Of a stretch of 64,000 nucleotides of DNA, positions 13,601-25,699 are shown one piece after another (position 1 is the first letter of the stretch; each line of letters begins with the position of its first letter). Origin of the DNA: Selaginella moellendorffii (lineage: Eukaryota > Plantae > Lycopodiophyta); NCBI RefSeq assembly GCF_000143415.4, contig NW_003314307.1, positions 568,859-632,858 on the forward strand, read 5' to 3'. The translations under genes and the position numbers were made by a program. The notes under the pieces were generated by a model. That model did no database searches, was not told the DNA's origin, and saw only the letters and a list, made by a program, of their open reading frames with translations.

Positions 13601-16490
13601 GCCCATGACATGATCCTCCACAACACCATCTAGTAAAGTAAGTTTATCACTGCTAAATTATCATCGTGTTAACAGTCCTCGACAACGTCTACAAGTAATC
13701 TCTAATCATAGAGCAATTAACAATGACTCTTCAACTTACCTTCACAAGACCTAAACACTAAATTCACATTATTGAGTCATATTTTAATCCAACAGAAAAG
13801 TAATATCCCAGATACGAAATATAGGAATTTGGACAAACACAAACTAAATGACTACTCAAATCCAGCTCAATTGCAATAAGTTCACTAGCATGTCTAGCCA
13901 ATAGCTTTGACCATGCCTTGAAGAGGCTAACTATGCATAATTAACACCCAATTATAACTAAAGTGAGGAGTATGAGATGAACTCATATTGGTACACAACC
14001 TCCTTATAAACAAAGTTATAGTATAGGTATTAACACTTCAATTGCAAACAACTAACTTAGATATCACTAACCTCAACTAAGGCACAAGCTTACTAAGATC
14101 AAGTCTAGATCAATGAGAGCTCATTACTCTTATAGAGTCTAACGAAATGCAAAGTTCAATATGCCACCTAGCATAATGCTACAGAAAAAAGGCACAAGGG
14201 TTAGCTTTCTAGAAAAGTGCAATAGCCATTTTTCTACACTAACTCTAAACTCTATCCAACTCAACTATTTTAGCCCCAAAAGTTAGCATCCATTTGGGTC
14301 ACATCATACAAATTATATATTAAAGTATAAGCCAACCAAAGTCAATTCCAACCTTCACTAGTTTGTATTAAATGGTTTTTGGACAAAATGATCAACAGAT
14401 CAACCATTAAAAAAGTTTAAGAAAATTTATGGAAAATTTTCCATCCTAAAGAAAGAATGACTCTCAGTCTAGGATTACAAACTTTTAAAACTCAATTAAC
14501 TTCCTTCTACCTACAACATCATCTAGATTCACCTCAACATAAATTCTCATGACCCAATAACATCCTTAAACATTGAACATCATGCTTATATTTTTTGACA
14601 TCTAGCATCAACATTTGCAAAATGCAAATGAATACCCAAAACTCAATTACGAAGAATACTTTGGATATTCACATTGCACTAACACTTTTCTTCAATCTCC
14701 TTCAAGATTCAATGTGAAGCCAAAACACTAACAAAAAAATGACATGGAAAATTAAACTCTAAGGAAAGTTCTTCATCACTTGACATAACAATGCCACTTC
14801 CACTAACACAAGTGTTAGCAATATCAATATCTTGGTTATACACTTTCTCCATCCAATAATCTAAGTGCTAACAAATAAACTAACAAAATATAACAAATAA
14901 ATGCTATAACCTTTTCCAATACTTTAAGGGGTAAGATCTCAAAGAAACAAGGTATTAACTTAAGATTAGTATAAAATGGATCACTATTGAGAATTAAGTC
15001 AAAGCTACTTTAATATTACTTTTTGCAAGTAGATTAACATCACCATTAACCACTTTGAGGTTTATCATCATTTAACCAAGCAATTTTGTAAACATATTGC
15101 TCACTATCACATGGACATGATATAAAATCACAATGATATGATCATCAATTGAACAACTCCACAAGTAGCACCTATATCACTGCTATAAAGATATATATGA
15201 GTATTAAGTGTCAACTCAATTCAACAAAATGCAATATAAATGCCACACTCTACTGATAGAGATTTATAACACAAAACATCACCAACTTTGTTCACAATAT
15301 AAACAAGTTCATGCCACTTTTTTTTTGACTAAACTCAAAACTAATCCAAAACTAAGCTACTCAAGGAGCAATAGCAAGGTTCTCTAGAAAAAATTTGAGC
15401 ATTGTAATTTAAGTCTTCAATAGTAAGTCTAGACAAAATGGTTTAGCACGTCACTGTTATCCATCCTATAATTCACTACGTGTAAGACTATCATAACTAA
15501 CATGTATCAAGATAAGGACTTTCAATTACATGATGTGAACATGAGCAATGAGTCACATTTTGTTGCAAATCATCTCTCAAAGAAGAGAAGATAATTTATA
15601 TGTTTGATCTTTCATCCTTGATAACTCTCTTTTCAAATTTAACTTTTGACCAAATCTCAAACTTGTGTTAGCATTGCATATAGCCCAATCTAAGAAAATT
15701 TTATAAGAGAGTATAACAACTTCTTGAACTAATAGACTAATTCCTATAATCTTGATTGATCCACTTATAATCATGCTTAGGAAGGTTCCAGTAGTGCTAT
15801 GCTAAATAGCTACAGACCAGCTTATTCGCCACTCTTACCAAACCCATAGAAAGTTTATTTTCACCTATGGTACATGATTCAACTCATAGTAATAACATTA
15901 ATTTTGCCAACTCAAAATGTAACTTTGAGCTGTAAATGTGCCTCACTTATAAACCCAAGTGCAAACTCATATAAATGGAACATCTCATATCCATCTTATG
16001 AGCCCAAGTGTAAGCTCACATAATATAGTACAGAAAGATAACCAAAATCCATACATAAAGAACAAATGTGAAGTCATATAACCCAAATGTGTACCCACTC
16101 TAATCCTTGTTTTCATCTCTTCAATCTTATTGAATAGTACTCATTAAGACTTAATACCAAATATAGTGCATGTGGTTTTCACTTTTTATCGTATGGTGAT
16201 TTACCATAGGATAACCACAAATTGGAACCTAAACTCTTCATGTGCCACATGTCACATATGACATGCCATATGCCACATGTCTAAGGACAATGGAGCTGAG
16301 TTTCAAGGCCTTGGGCCATTGAATGAAGGTATAAAGCCAAACTCCCAAGCTTGCAACTAAGGAGTGAAGGTACTGGAACATGGAGCAGCTCCCGAGCATT
16401 CAACCCAAGGAACAAAGGGACAGAAGCATGAATTAATATTAGAACAATCCTAAAACTTTTAGCATCCCAATGCCAAGACCAGCATGCTGG
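10700..16490 (-). mobile_element. Older, AT-drifted family-A element in inverse orientation (partial 3' LTR 10700-11247, internal 11248-16161, partial 5' LTR 16162-~16490)
   Basis: Reverse-complement homology to 1-6480 and to LTR-A. Decayed tRNA-Met-type PBS ('ttaataccaaa', 16151-16161) next to the LTR end; decayed PPT at ~11248-11260. Confidence 0.85.
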
Positions 16491-17975
16491 TAGGGGGCTT
16501 ATAAAGTGCTATAGAGTGTATGGATAGTGGGTAGTTTAGGCATGACTGACTAACCTAAGACACTATCTAGCTCACTTTAGGCTCATCAACCATTGAGTCT
16601 TGTTTTTGGATGTTTACTATTCTCAAAAACATTTCCAATGTATAAACTATTTTGATAGATTTTTAACTTTATGTCCTCAACTAACATATCATTAAGAACT
16701 CCATTTGTGAATGTTGTCTCCTCCACTAACACAGCTCCACTTGTGAACACCATCTTCTCAACTAACACATCAATAATATATATGGTATGTTCCACTAGTA
16801 AAGCAGTAGTGAACATTATCTCTTTTACTAGGACAATTTCATCAATCATGAAAGCTTTTTGAATTTACTGTGGAGCAAAAAAACAAATTTGATGACCAAC
16901 TTTATAATTATTACCACTAAGAAACTGTAGAAGTGATGTAAATCATACTAAAAGAGTTTTGAGACTTCAATTATAGTGTGTAAAACATCCTAATGTCATA
17001 CTCTCTTGATTTGCTATTTGCATTTGGCATATAGGTATCTAAATCCATACTTGTAGCATACATGGTTTCACCTTATACTATAATGAATTATTATATGATA
17101 ATTATGGAGTAAAACTTAACCCTTGGACAGTGTGCCATGGGTAGTGGAATGGGAATTAAATGTAAATTCTTAAGTATAAAACCAGGAACAGGGCTATGGA
17201 GTAACACTTGAATAATCCTAGAGATCTTAACACTAAATGTTTTAGTCTAATGTTTTTAGGGATTTATAAGAGGTTGGATCTTCATGACCAGGACCATGCA
17301 AGGATAGAGCAATAAGACAAGTTTCTAAGCTCTTCTGATCATCATCATTGTCACTTTACTGTCAACATAATTGATGGTGGGAAGTCATTCAACACCCAGA
17401 TTAAGTATTACTTCGCATGTTATTTCATTCATTAGCTGTTTATAAGGTATTGTGGCACTCACCAAGAAGCATGAAACTGATGGATTATAATAAGCTGTTT
17501 TGATGATCTCATGAGCAATCAGTTCACTAAACTCCTCCAAGAGAATATGCCTATGTTTGAGAATATCCAATCAATGCAAGACATAATATATGCTTTATTA
17601 TAAGTGGTGAGTAAAAGTGACTCTGCCATGCATAGATTTAGAATAAATATTAAAAAGATGAAAAGATCCTTGTAAATATTTTGAATAAATGATGTAAAGG
17701 TGTCAAAGATCTCAAGATTACTATTATCAATAATCTCTCAATAATTCTCGACCATTCTTAGATTTTAAAGCTAAGAAGATTTAAACATCCACTATCTAAA
17801 TTTCTAAATTCAGTATAAGTTAAATTTTAGCATTTAGTGCTCTCTAATTTTGATCTACTGATACAAATAGCTACTAGGATTTGAAGTTAATTTTCCAAGA
17901 AACATAACCACAACAAATTAATATTTATTAATAGTAATTAATTAATAAGAGCTTAACAATTTTTGTTTTTCCCTC

Positions 17976-19112
17976 TTACTTCCAAGGCCAGCAATGCGCT
18001 TCCCGCCATCTACAATACCGTTCTATATTCCCATTCAGTTTTTTATCTCGCCCCTTTGCAACTTCTCGATATAAAATTCCATCCACATATTTAGGATGTG
18101 CGATAAATGGGACACCTTTTATGAGGAGCACAACAGCCTGCAAGGATGAAAGAACTTGAGGACAAGTTTGATCCAAAGTTGCACGAAACTTACGTGCCAA
18201 TAAATCCAAACTGCGACTTTGTGAGGCATCAGCCAGAACAGAACTTCAGCAGCCTTGGTATGCTCAACTCTTTTGGCTTTTAAAACTGCTGAGAAATAGT
18301 TGTTCCCAAGTTCCGCATGCTGCACAGTAATCGCGATTTGCAGTTCTTCACCGGGATTTGACGCTTGAATCCTCCAGGTTCCTTGCATGTCCTGCGCTTA
18401 AAAGTTTAAGTTTGTGGGATGGAATCACAAAAGGAAAACTCACCATGAAGGGACTGACATGGAGTGGCTTTGGAACCATATCCGATTGAGGGTCAAAAGC
18501 GAAAGTCACTCGTTCGGCCCAGGGCGTGTTCGTCACCTACAAAAGAACAGAGTTCTTTCTTCAAGCAAAGAAATCTAATCTCATAAGAAACGTTGCCTCT
18601 TTCATACCTCCGCAATGCACTTGGCCAAACTTCCATCTATGTCGTAGCAATAGTAAACGCTCAGTGGATTCTGCTCATATCCCACGCTCGCTGGTATGGT
18701 CAATAGATGGCTGTAAGAATTCCCAGTCAGCGAGCTTCCAGTTTGTAATCAAATGGAGAGAAAGAAATTCCTCTACTCACACAGGACCTTTTGTCCCGGC
18801 AATTTCCCGGGCTTGATCAAGACCGAGATGATGCAGCGCAGCTCTTGCCTGGAACCAATCCGGCATCCTCTCAAGATCCACCAGCGCGTAGCTCACGTTG
18901 TACTCGAATCGATGCAAAATAGGCCGGCGACGCTCGTGCCACACCCGGCCTTGATACAGCTTGAAATTCCCAGACCTGGAGGAAGCACCAGGAAGTAGAA
19001 GACGCAAAGAATGCACGGCAGATGTTACGAGAGTCGAAATCACATCGACAAAGAGACAGCCGAGCTGGGCGAGAGCACCGCCTCGCCCCTCGATGTTGCA
19101 AGTGGCCGCCAT
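17976..19112 (-). CDS. DUF1365-family protein, 5 exons
   Basis: Spliced peptides LYQGRVWHERRRPILHRFEYNVSYALVDL, LLTIPASVGYEQNPLSVYYCYD, AEVTNTPWAERVTF, KPLHVSPFM and WLMPHKVAVWIYWH are typical of plant DUF1365. Introns are short GT-AG. Confidence 0.9.
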
Positions 19113-19179
19113 AGCCACCAGGAACCCTAAAGCGCCAGTCAAAAGATTTGGCTTTCAACGGTCAAATTTTTCCTTAAAG

Positions 19180-21864
19180 TCAACCAATGCTGACTGGAGA
19201 AGACATGGACGACATTTCTTCGTCCGTTGTTCTTCCGGTTCTCGTGCCAAATCCGCCGTGGCTGGAGCTGTATGGAAGCCTCGTCGGCTCCGCGAGCGAG
19301 AGGTGTGGCTTGCGCCTCATGTCCACCGTGAACGTCCGCTGGTTGCTCTCGAGGTTGTCCGTCTTGTAGATCGAAACGCTCGTCGTCTGGGACGATGTCT
19401 CCAGCGGCGTCGGGGTCGTCGGCGTCGCGCTGCTCGAGTGGACACCGCCACCGCCACCGCCACCACCACCGCAGCTCTGTGGAGGCTTGAATACGACTTT
19501 GCTGATGCCGGTGTTGGACACGGGTGAGGAGCCGTTTGTAGCTCCCCGGCTCGAGAGTAACGAGTTCGTGAGGACGCTGCTCGGGCTGGAGGCGTGAAGG
19601 TGCGCGTGTGTTTGCGTGTGTGGAAGAATGCTGCTGCTCGACTTGAGTGGTGGCGGCGATGATAAGCTCCCAACCAGTGATGACAGCGTCTGGCTTGCGA
19701 ATCCTCTCGTTGCGCTGTCGCCACTCTTGTAGCAGTATCTGGAGTGGTGTCCAAGCTTTGCGAGCTGTGAATCCGTGAGTTGCTGGTTTAGCCACCTGAA
19801 ACGTAGACATGAGCGCCGTGGGTTTCGCACAGTAAAAAAAATTCTGTACGTACTGAATCATTTGCTGGTTAGACTTTGCCATCTCTTGCATTTCCTCCAG
19901 TTTTTCCTTGGACTCGTCCACCTGTTACGAATGAATGTGTTGAAATCGTGCGGGAATCCAGAACTGTTTACTACCTTCTTTCTCAAACAATCGTTGTCGG
20001 ACTTTAAGCTCGCTATTTCTTGACGCATGAAGTTGCTGTCGGCCGTGTTTTTCTCAATTGTCACTTGCCTTTCTTGAAGTAAAGTCTCCTGTTGTGACGT
20101 TACTTGTGCTTTGAGCTTCACTTTAGCTTTGCTTGCCCTGAGCTCACCCTGTAGATAGACAAGTAGTTCATGCGAGAAGAACAAGAACAAAAACAAAAAC
20201 TCGCCTGCAGCCTCTCGACAGCTTGGGAATGTCGGTTTGCCTCGGCAATGCTTGCACTTGCTTTTTCTTCCAACCGTTCATGTGCGGCTTGAGCATCCCT
20301 CAAAGCTATCTCCAAAGCTGCCCTGGAATGTCTAGATTTCAGTGCTCCGAGCTGATTAAAACAACAGACCTACCGATGAGACAGTTCACTTTCCAGTCGA
20401 TTTGTCATGTTGGAAAGCAGATCATTCTTCGCTTGAACCTGAATCCAGGGATTATTTTTCGTCCTCGACAGTACAAAGTTACCTTACTTCCTGTTCTAGA
20501 GAAGCCAAGCGAATCAGATGCTGGTTAATTTGCTTGGAGTAGTCTTGCAGCTTGTTGTCGTAGCCCACATTTTTTTTGCGCAGCGAACTACATTCCTGTA
20601 TGCCAGTTTGGATTAAACATTCAATAGAGAATACCAAACCAGGTACCTGATGCCGTTCTTCAAGCTCCTTTTCAGTAACTTCAAGTTTCGTTTTGTACTC
20701 AGTAGTTTTAACTTCTAGATTGTGCCTTATATTCGTCAACTCACGCAACTAGGCAACCATATCCGTCCTCGGTGAGAAGACGAGCAAACCAATAAAATGG
20801 CTGTAGAATTACCTGTTTGTCCAGCTGGGAAACATGACTCTCCTGAGCATCAGCTCTCAAGCGTAGGCGACATTCCATGTCGGCACGGTCTCGCTCCAGC
20901 TTTTCTTTCATCGCAAGACATTCTTGCATTGCCTACGCCAGTGAAACGTGAGAAAGAGGAACAAAATTATCAATATGTGCAAGCTTCTAACCTTCTCCTT
21001 CACACGAGACACGTCCACAGTGTGCTTCGCAGTCAACTCCGTAACTTCGCGTGAATATGCTCCTTTGAAGCTGCCAAGATCTCTGCATCAAACAAAGCAA
21101 ACAATCTTATTAGCTAGCACTTTCCTACAGAACGAGCGAATAAGTACTCTTTCAGTTTATCAGCTTCCTTGATGGAATTCTCGAGAGATTCCAGAGTCTT
21201 TTGGAGCTTTTGATGAAGATCCAGATTTTCTCCCTGGAAATTCTCACGGAATTTTTAGTGAAAAAAGAAAAAATCAAGCAGCGTACCTTATAGTCACCCA
21301 GCCTTGCAGCAAGATATGACTTCACAGTGGCATCGTTACCTTGTCTAAAGCAAAGAGAGATATGGTTGACGTGCTTGAACTGGTTCGTTTCGACCACATT
21401 AAGCGTGGAATCCCCCGTCCGGACATTCAAGACTGCCAGAAATCTACCAGCAAAGTCATGAGCTCACACGCGAAAGCCCATGAGATGAAGGTACCGATGA
21501 TCTTCGCTTTTGGCGTCGAGACAGTGCTCCAGCAGCTCGATAAATTTGTGAGGGAAAACCGAGAAATCGACGAGGATGCACTGGTCGACCTTGAGACTCT
21601 TGAAATCCTCGTCGTCTAGTTCCAGCGAGTAGAGAAAGAACGGATCGAGCTCATCCGAAATCTGGACCTGGAGGACCTGGAAGGCGCGCATCCGCGCATC
21701 GGCATTCCAATGCGAGAACAAAATCGCGACATTTTTACCTTGCTGCTGCGTGGATGCTTGCTGCGTCCCACGAGAATCCGGAATGTAAGCTGCGCCTGTC
21801 GATCGCTGGAGCTCTTGATCGTCACTGGGATCGCCTTCTCGAACAAGACGGAAGGGCTCTCCAT
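19180..21864 (-). CDS. SAS6: Spindle assembly abnormal protein 6 (centriole/basal-body cartwheel protein), multi-exon
   Basis: Head domain with PISA motif (VQISDELDPFFLYSLELDDEDFKSLKVDQCILVDFSVFPHKFIELLEHC; LNVVETNQFKHVNHISLCFRQGNDATVKSYLA), coiled-coil exons, SNQQMIQ/WLNQQL motif and a Ser-rich tail. Confidence 0.9.
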
Positions 21865-22050
21865 TTTTTCCTTCTCCCATAAACCTAAACAAAGCAGTTA
21901 AGGTCGTTATCACTACCAGGTTTCGAACACACAAGCAAACAAGGGCCAATCCGAGCCGTCCATTGTCGATCGCTATGACGTTTACCCTTTCACGTTCTAT
22001 TTTGAAACTTAGGTCAGGCGGGAAAGAGTAGGAGCCCGTGATCGATCGCG

Positions 22051-23660
22051 ATGGCGTCTTCCTCTCCGCCGCCGCCACTGCCGGAAGAGAAGAAGTCGCC
22101 GCCAGCATCTCCGCCAGGTACTCCCATTCCGATGATGAATTACAAGCGCCGCCCCAGCCAGCTTCCCACCAAGCCCAAGGTGAAGAAATTCATGAGGCCG
22201 CCTTCCGCCGGCCACAGGGATGTGGAGCCGCCATCGCTGCTAGCCGTGCAGCGATCGCTCACTTCATATCTAGCGGATGGGATCATCCAGCCAAAATCCA
22301 GGTATGTCAAGGAGAAGACCGAGTTCCACGACGAGGAGGGTCGGATGCTCGTGAGTGGTAGCGCTGGAGGGCGATATGCTGGGGAGATTCTGGGAGGAGC
22401 TCCTCATGGGACTGGCGAGCACAGGATTTTTCAGTCTAAGAAGAATCCAGATCATTTGCTCTACGAGGGCGAGTGGGAATATGGGAGAAAATCTGGCTAT
22501 GGCAAAGTCCACTACACCAATGGACAGGTACTATCTCGGTTTCCTTTTTTGTTTCCTTTGTAGTTTCTCAAGTTTCTCTTGAATCTCTTTTCACAGGAGT
22601 ATAGAGGAGAGCTTGTTGATAACGAGCATGGTGGCTGGGGTTGCCTGCGCTACAACAATGGAGACATATACGATGGAGAATGGTTTAAAGGCCGCAGGCA
22701 TGGTCAGGGAACTCTTGTACATTCCTGTTCGTTTTCCTTGTTTGTTTCTACAGACTAAGCAGGTTTTCTCAGATTCTTTCGGTTTTTCTTCTCTCGGCGA
22801 ACGACTGACAGTCCTTGAAACTGTTGTGCAGTATTATCAGAACGGGAACTGGTACGATGGAGGATGGTGCAAGGACGCTCGCGAAGGATGGGGAGTTTTC
22901 TACTGGCCAAAGATCAGGCGTAAGTTCGAAGGGGAGTGGGCTTGCAATGATCCATTCTCCGGTTGCTACTCTGCCATGACGTCACAAGAGTACGAGCTTC
23001 TTCAAAAGAGGCAGGTAGAGTTCCCTCCAGCGACGCTTGGTGTTCTAGAGAAAGGCGTTCCAAAGGAACAAATAGAGGTATGGAATGTTAACACAGAAAA
23101 TTGTTTTACTGACTCTTTGCTCTGGTGTCATTTCCTTTTTGTAGCTTCTCTTGATGGATTTGAGGCATCCCTTCAGCACGAATTATGTTCCCATCACGAA
23201 AGTTCGAAAATGTAAAAACGAGCACAATCCAGCGAAGCACTTCAAGAAGGTAGTCTCTTCCCTTCGTTCTTCTCTTCTCGTAAACACTATTGGTTTTGTG
23301 ATCGATGGCAGCAAGTTGAGAGGGCTCGGAGTCTCTCGTGCAAGCAAATAGAAGCTCTAAAACACGCATATCAAGCCATAACTCCTGGATACCTCTACAG
23401 GCCAGCATTCCTGGGTGTTCATCTTCGCAGACTTTTGGTTATTGCTCGGATAGATCCTGACTTGCCACAGGTACTAAAATTCTTCCTCGCAAACTTAGTG
23501 CTCACACAGCAAGGCTGAGCTTCTATTTTCACAGGGTCAAAAGCTTTTAGCTCACTTGGAGCAGTGTGCAAACGAGAGTGCCAAGCGAAACTCAACCCAA
23601 ACGAGTTGCCTCACGTTCAGTGATTTCCTCTTTAGTACCTATCGATTTCACGACCCGTAA
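22051..23660 (+). CDS. MORN-repeat protein (MORN3/radial-spoke-like), multi-exon; 3' exon structure tentative
   Basis: Repeats RYAGEILGGAPHGTG, YEGEWEYGRKSGYG, YRGELVDNEHGGWG, YDGEWFKGRRHGQG, YDGGWCKDAREGWG and FEGEW, joined by GT-AG introns. A plausible last exon ends ...LTFSDFLFSTYRFHDP* at 23660. Confidence 0.85.
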
Positions 23661-24149
23661 AACACCACAAATATCAACGGCTGAAATTCAAATTGAGAAG
23701 GGATTGGCGGTTCAGATTAAATGCTCTAGACCGCAACAACATCGCCAATCGACAGAGAATTCGATCACCACCGCAAGGTGGAACGCTAGGACGAGCTCCT
23801 CTTTGGAATCCCGAGGTCGCTGGAGCTCTAGGAGTCTAGCAATCATTCACACCGACAATTTTTAATTCTGTAATTTTTAATTTTTTAATTCTGTAATTTT
23901 TAGTGTAATTGCCAAGTTTATAAAATTCCAGTTTAGAGACAATCTTTTTTAGTTTAGTCCAGACTGAAAAAACTAAACACAGAGAGATAGATGTTCTCAC
24001 TGTGGCCTCAACGTCTCGCGATTGTTTGACCTCTGTCTCTTGATCAGGTGCTTTTCTCTTTTTTATTTCTTACTGAGACTAACTAGTTTCACATTCTATT
24101 GCAGGCCATGATCCTAGCTGCTGCTGGAGAACCTCTTAGAAGTTGACCT

Positions 24150-25200
24150 TGGACTTCCAAGTGAAAGAGCCTGGTAGCTTGGGGTACCCGAGGTGCCCAA
24201 GGTGTGACCCGACCATCAGCGATAATACAAATAAACATTCCAGCAAAAGTCTTCTTACAAAAATTCTCTATATTATCCAGTTTGAGAAAATTCCCTTGTA
24301 TAAGGTCCATATGTAGAGATATGCCCTTTTGCCACATCGATCAGCTGCAAATATATAAATTGACTATGATTTTGTAAGTTTGATTCTAAAATAATGTATT
24401 TTGTCCTAAAATAAAGAAAATCTGTAGATGTGTAGAGGACGCTTGCTGTCCAATCGATCTTGGCACTGACATCATTGCCAAGATTTGGTGAGTTCTGTAG
24501 ATTGTGATCTGGTGGAACTACAGAAGATCGTGATGTTGAGATAGCAGATGATTGTGACGGTGAAGCAGCAGCAGCAGCACACTAAGGAGCCAGGCAGAGA
24601 GCTCCAATCCAATAGGACTTTCATCTAGATGCAACAGGAAATGGATGAACATAGCTCTTAATAGTTACACAAGAAGACATTCTATAAAAGTCTGGAAGTG
24701 TGTCCTTGATGAGATTATTATCAACATACACTCTATGACAAGGTACCATTGCAACAAAGCATTTCACTATTTTTGACTAGCCAAGCAATTGAAGTTACTA
24801 GTGCAGTGTGACGTTCTGCCATAAATACCTTCACTTATAGAGAAAATAAAATGAATGGCTTGAAGGAACTCCATCGGTGATCAAGGAATTTTGGCACGGT
24901 AGTAAGTTTTGATAGAGTCCTGGATTTTCTGTCGGGATCCCATTTCTGGATCAATGTCTCCATTGCCAACATGGGCATGGCAAGCAAGAGGTCAATGAAT
25001 GGCAAAGAAGATTTACAAGAGGAGAAAGTGTAAGTCTTGATCACAAAAGGGACTTTGTTCATTTTTTTTCTTCTTGTTTGTTCTTATTTTCAGGATCCCA
25101 TGCTTAGTATCGTATCGCTCTAAAGAAGGCCATATAGAGACATTATAAAGAAGCTGGAGAAACTGGAAAAGAGGAATAATGCATGCTATAATTGAACTCA
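24150..25200 (+). pseudogene. Decayed coding remnant, possibly DNA-transposon (CACTA-like) transposase
   Basis: Fragments YPRCPRCD (~24184) and EWLEGTPSVIKEFWHGSKF (~24854), with stops and frameshifts. Family assignment is weak. Confidence 0.25.
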
Positions 25201-25699
25201 TGGGTAAGTCATTCTAAACTTTTATGTTCTCAAAACTTATCTTGCTTTGAGTACTGGGAGAGAAAGAAAACTAGGATATAAATAAAACTAAGCTAAGCTT
25301 CTCTTCACTTTTTATTCTCCACAACATGGGGTCACTTTTTTTTTCTCGAGCTTTGATAGTTTTTGCTTGAGTGCTTCATCCCTCCATATAAAGTGTGTAA
25401 TCCTTTTCAAGCATAATGCCATTTTTTGAATGGAGCATAGGAAATTAATCTTGTGTTTAGCAGCATCATTCTGAGTCTCAAGATTCAAAACTTGAGACTT
25501 ATGAACAAAAAGAAGTGGTGGTTGCCACAGTAGTTATAGGGGCAAATTAACACTCAAACCTTATCTTTATTTCTTTTGTACTCTGGCCTTCTATATCATT
25601 AATACACATTCACATGCTTAAGATCTAAAGTACTTAAGCGATGCCAAACCTAAGATTTCAAATAGCATGCTAAACAATTTACAAAAAAAAAATTAAAAG

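Noticed and set aside
19139-19921. 260-aa alternative frame as the SAS-6 C-terminus
   Set aside because: The WLNQQL motif and the splice phase favour the frame ending at 19180; this ORF reads through an intron.
21464-22108. 214-aa ORF as the SAS-6 N-terminus
   Set aside because: It matches SAS-6 only in its 3' part (exon 2). The SAS-6-like first exon is in another frame starting at 21864.
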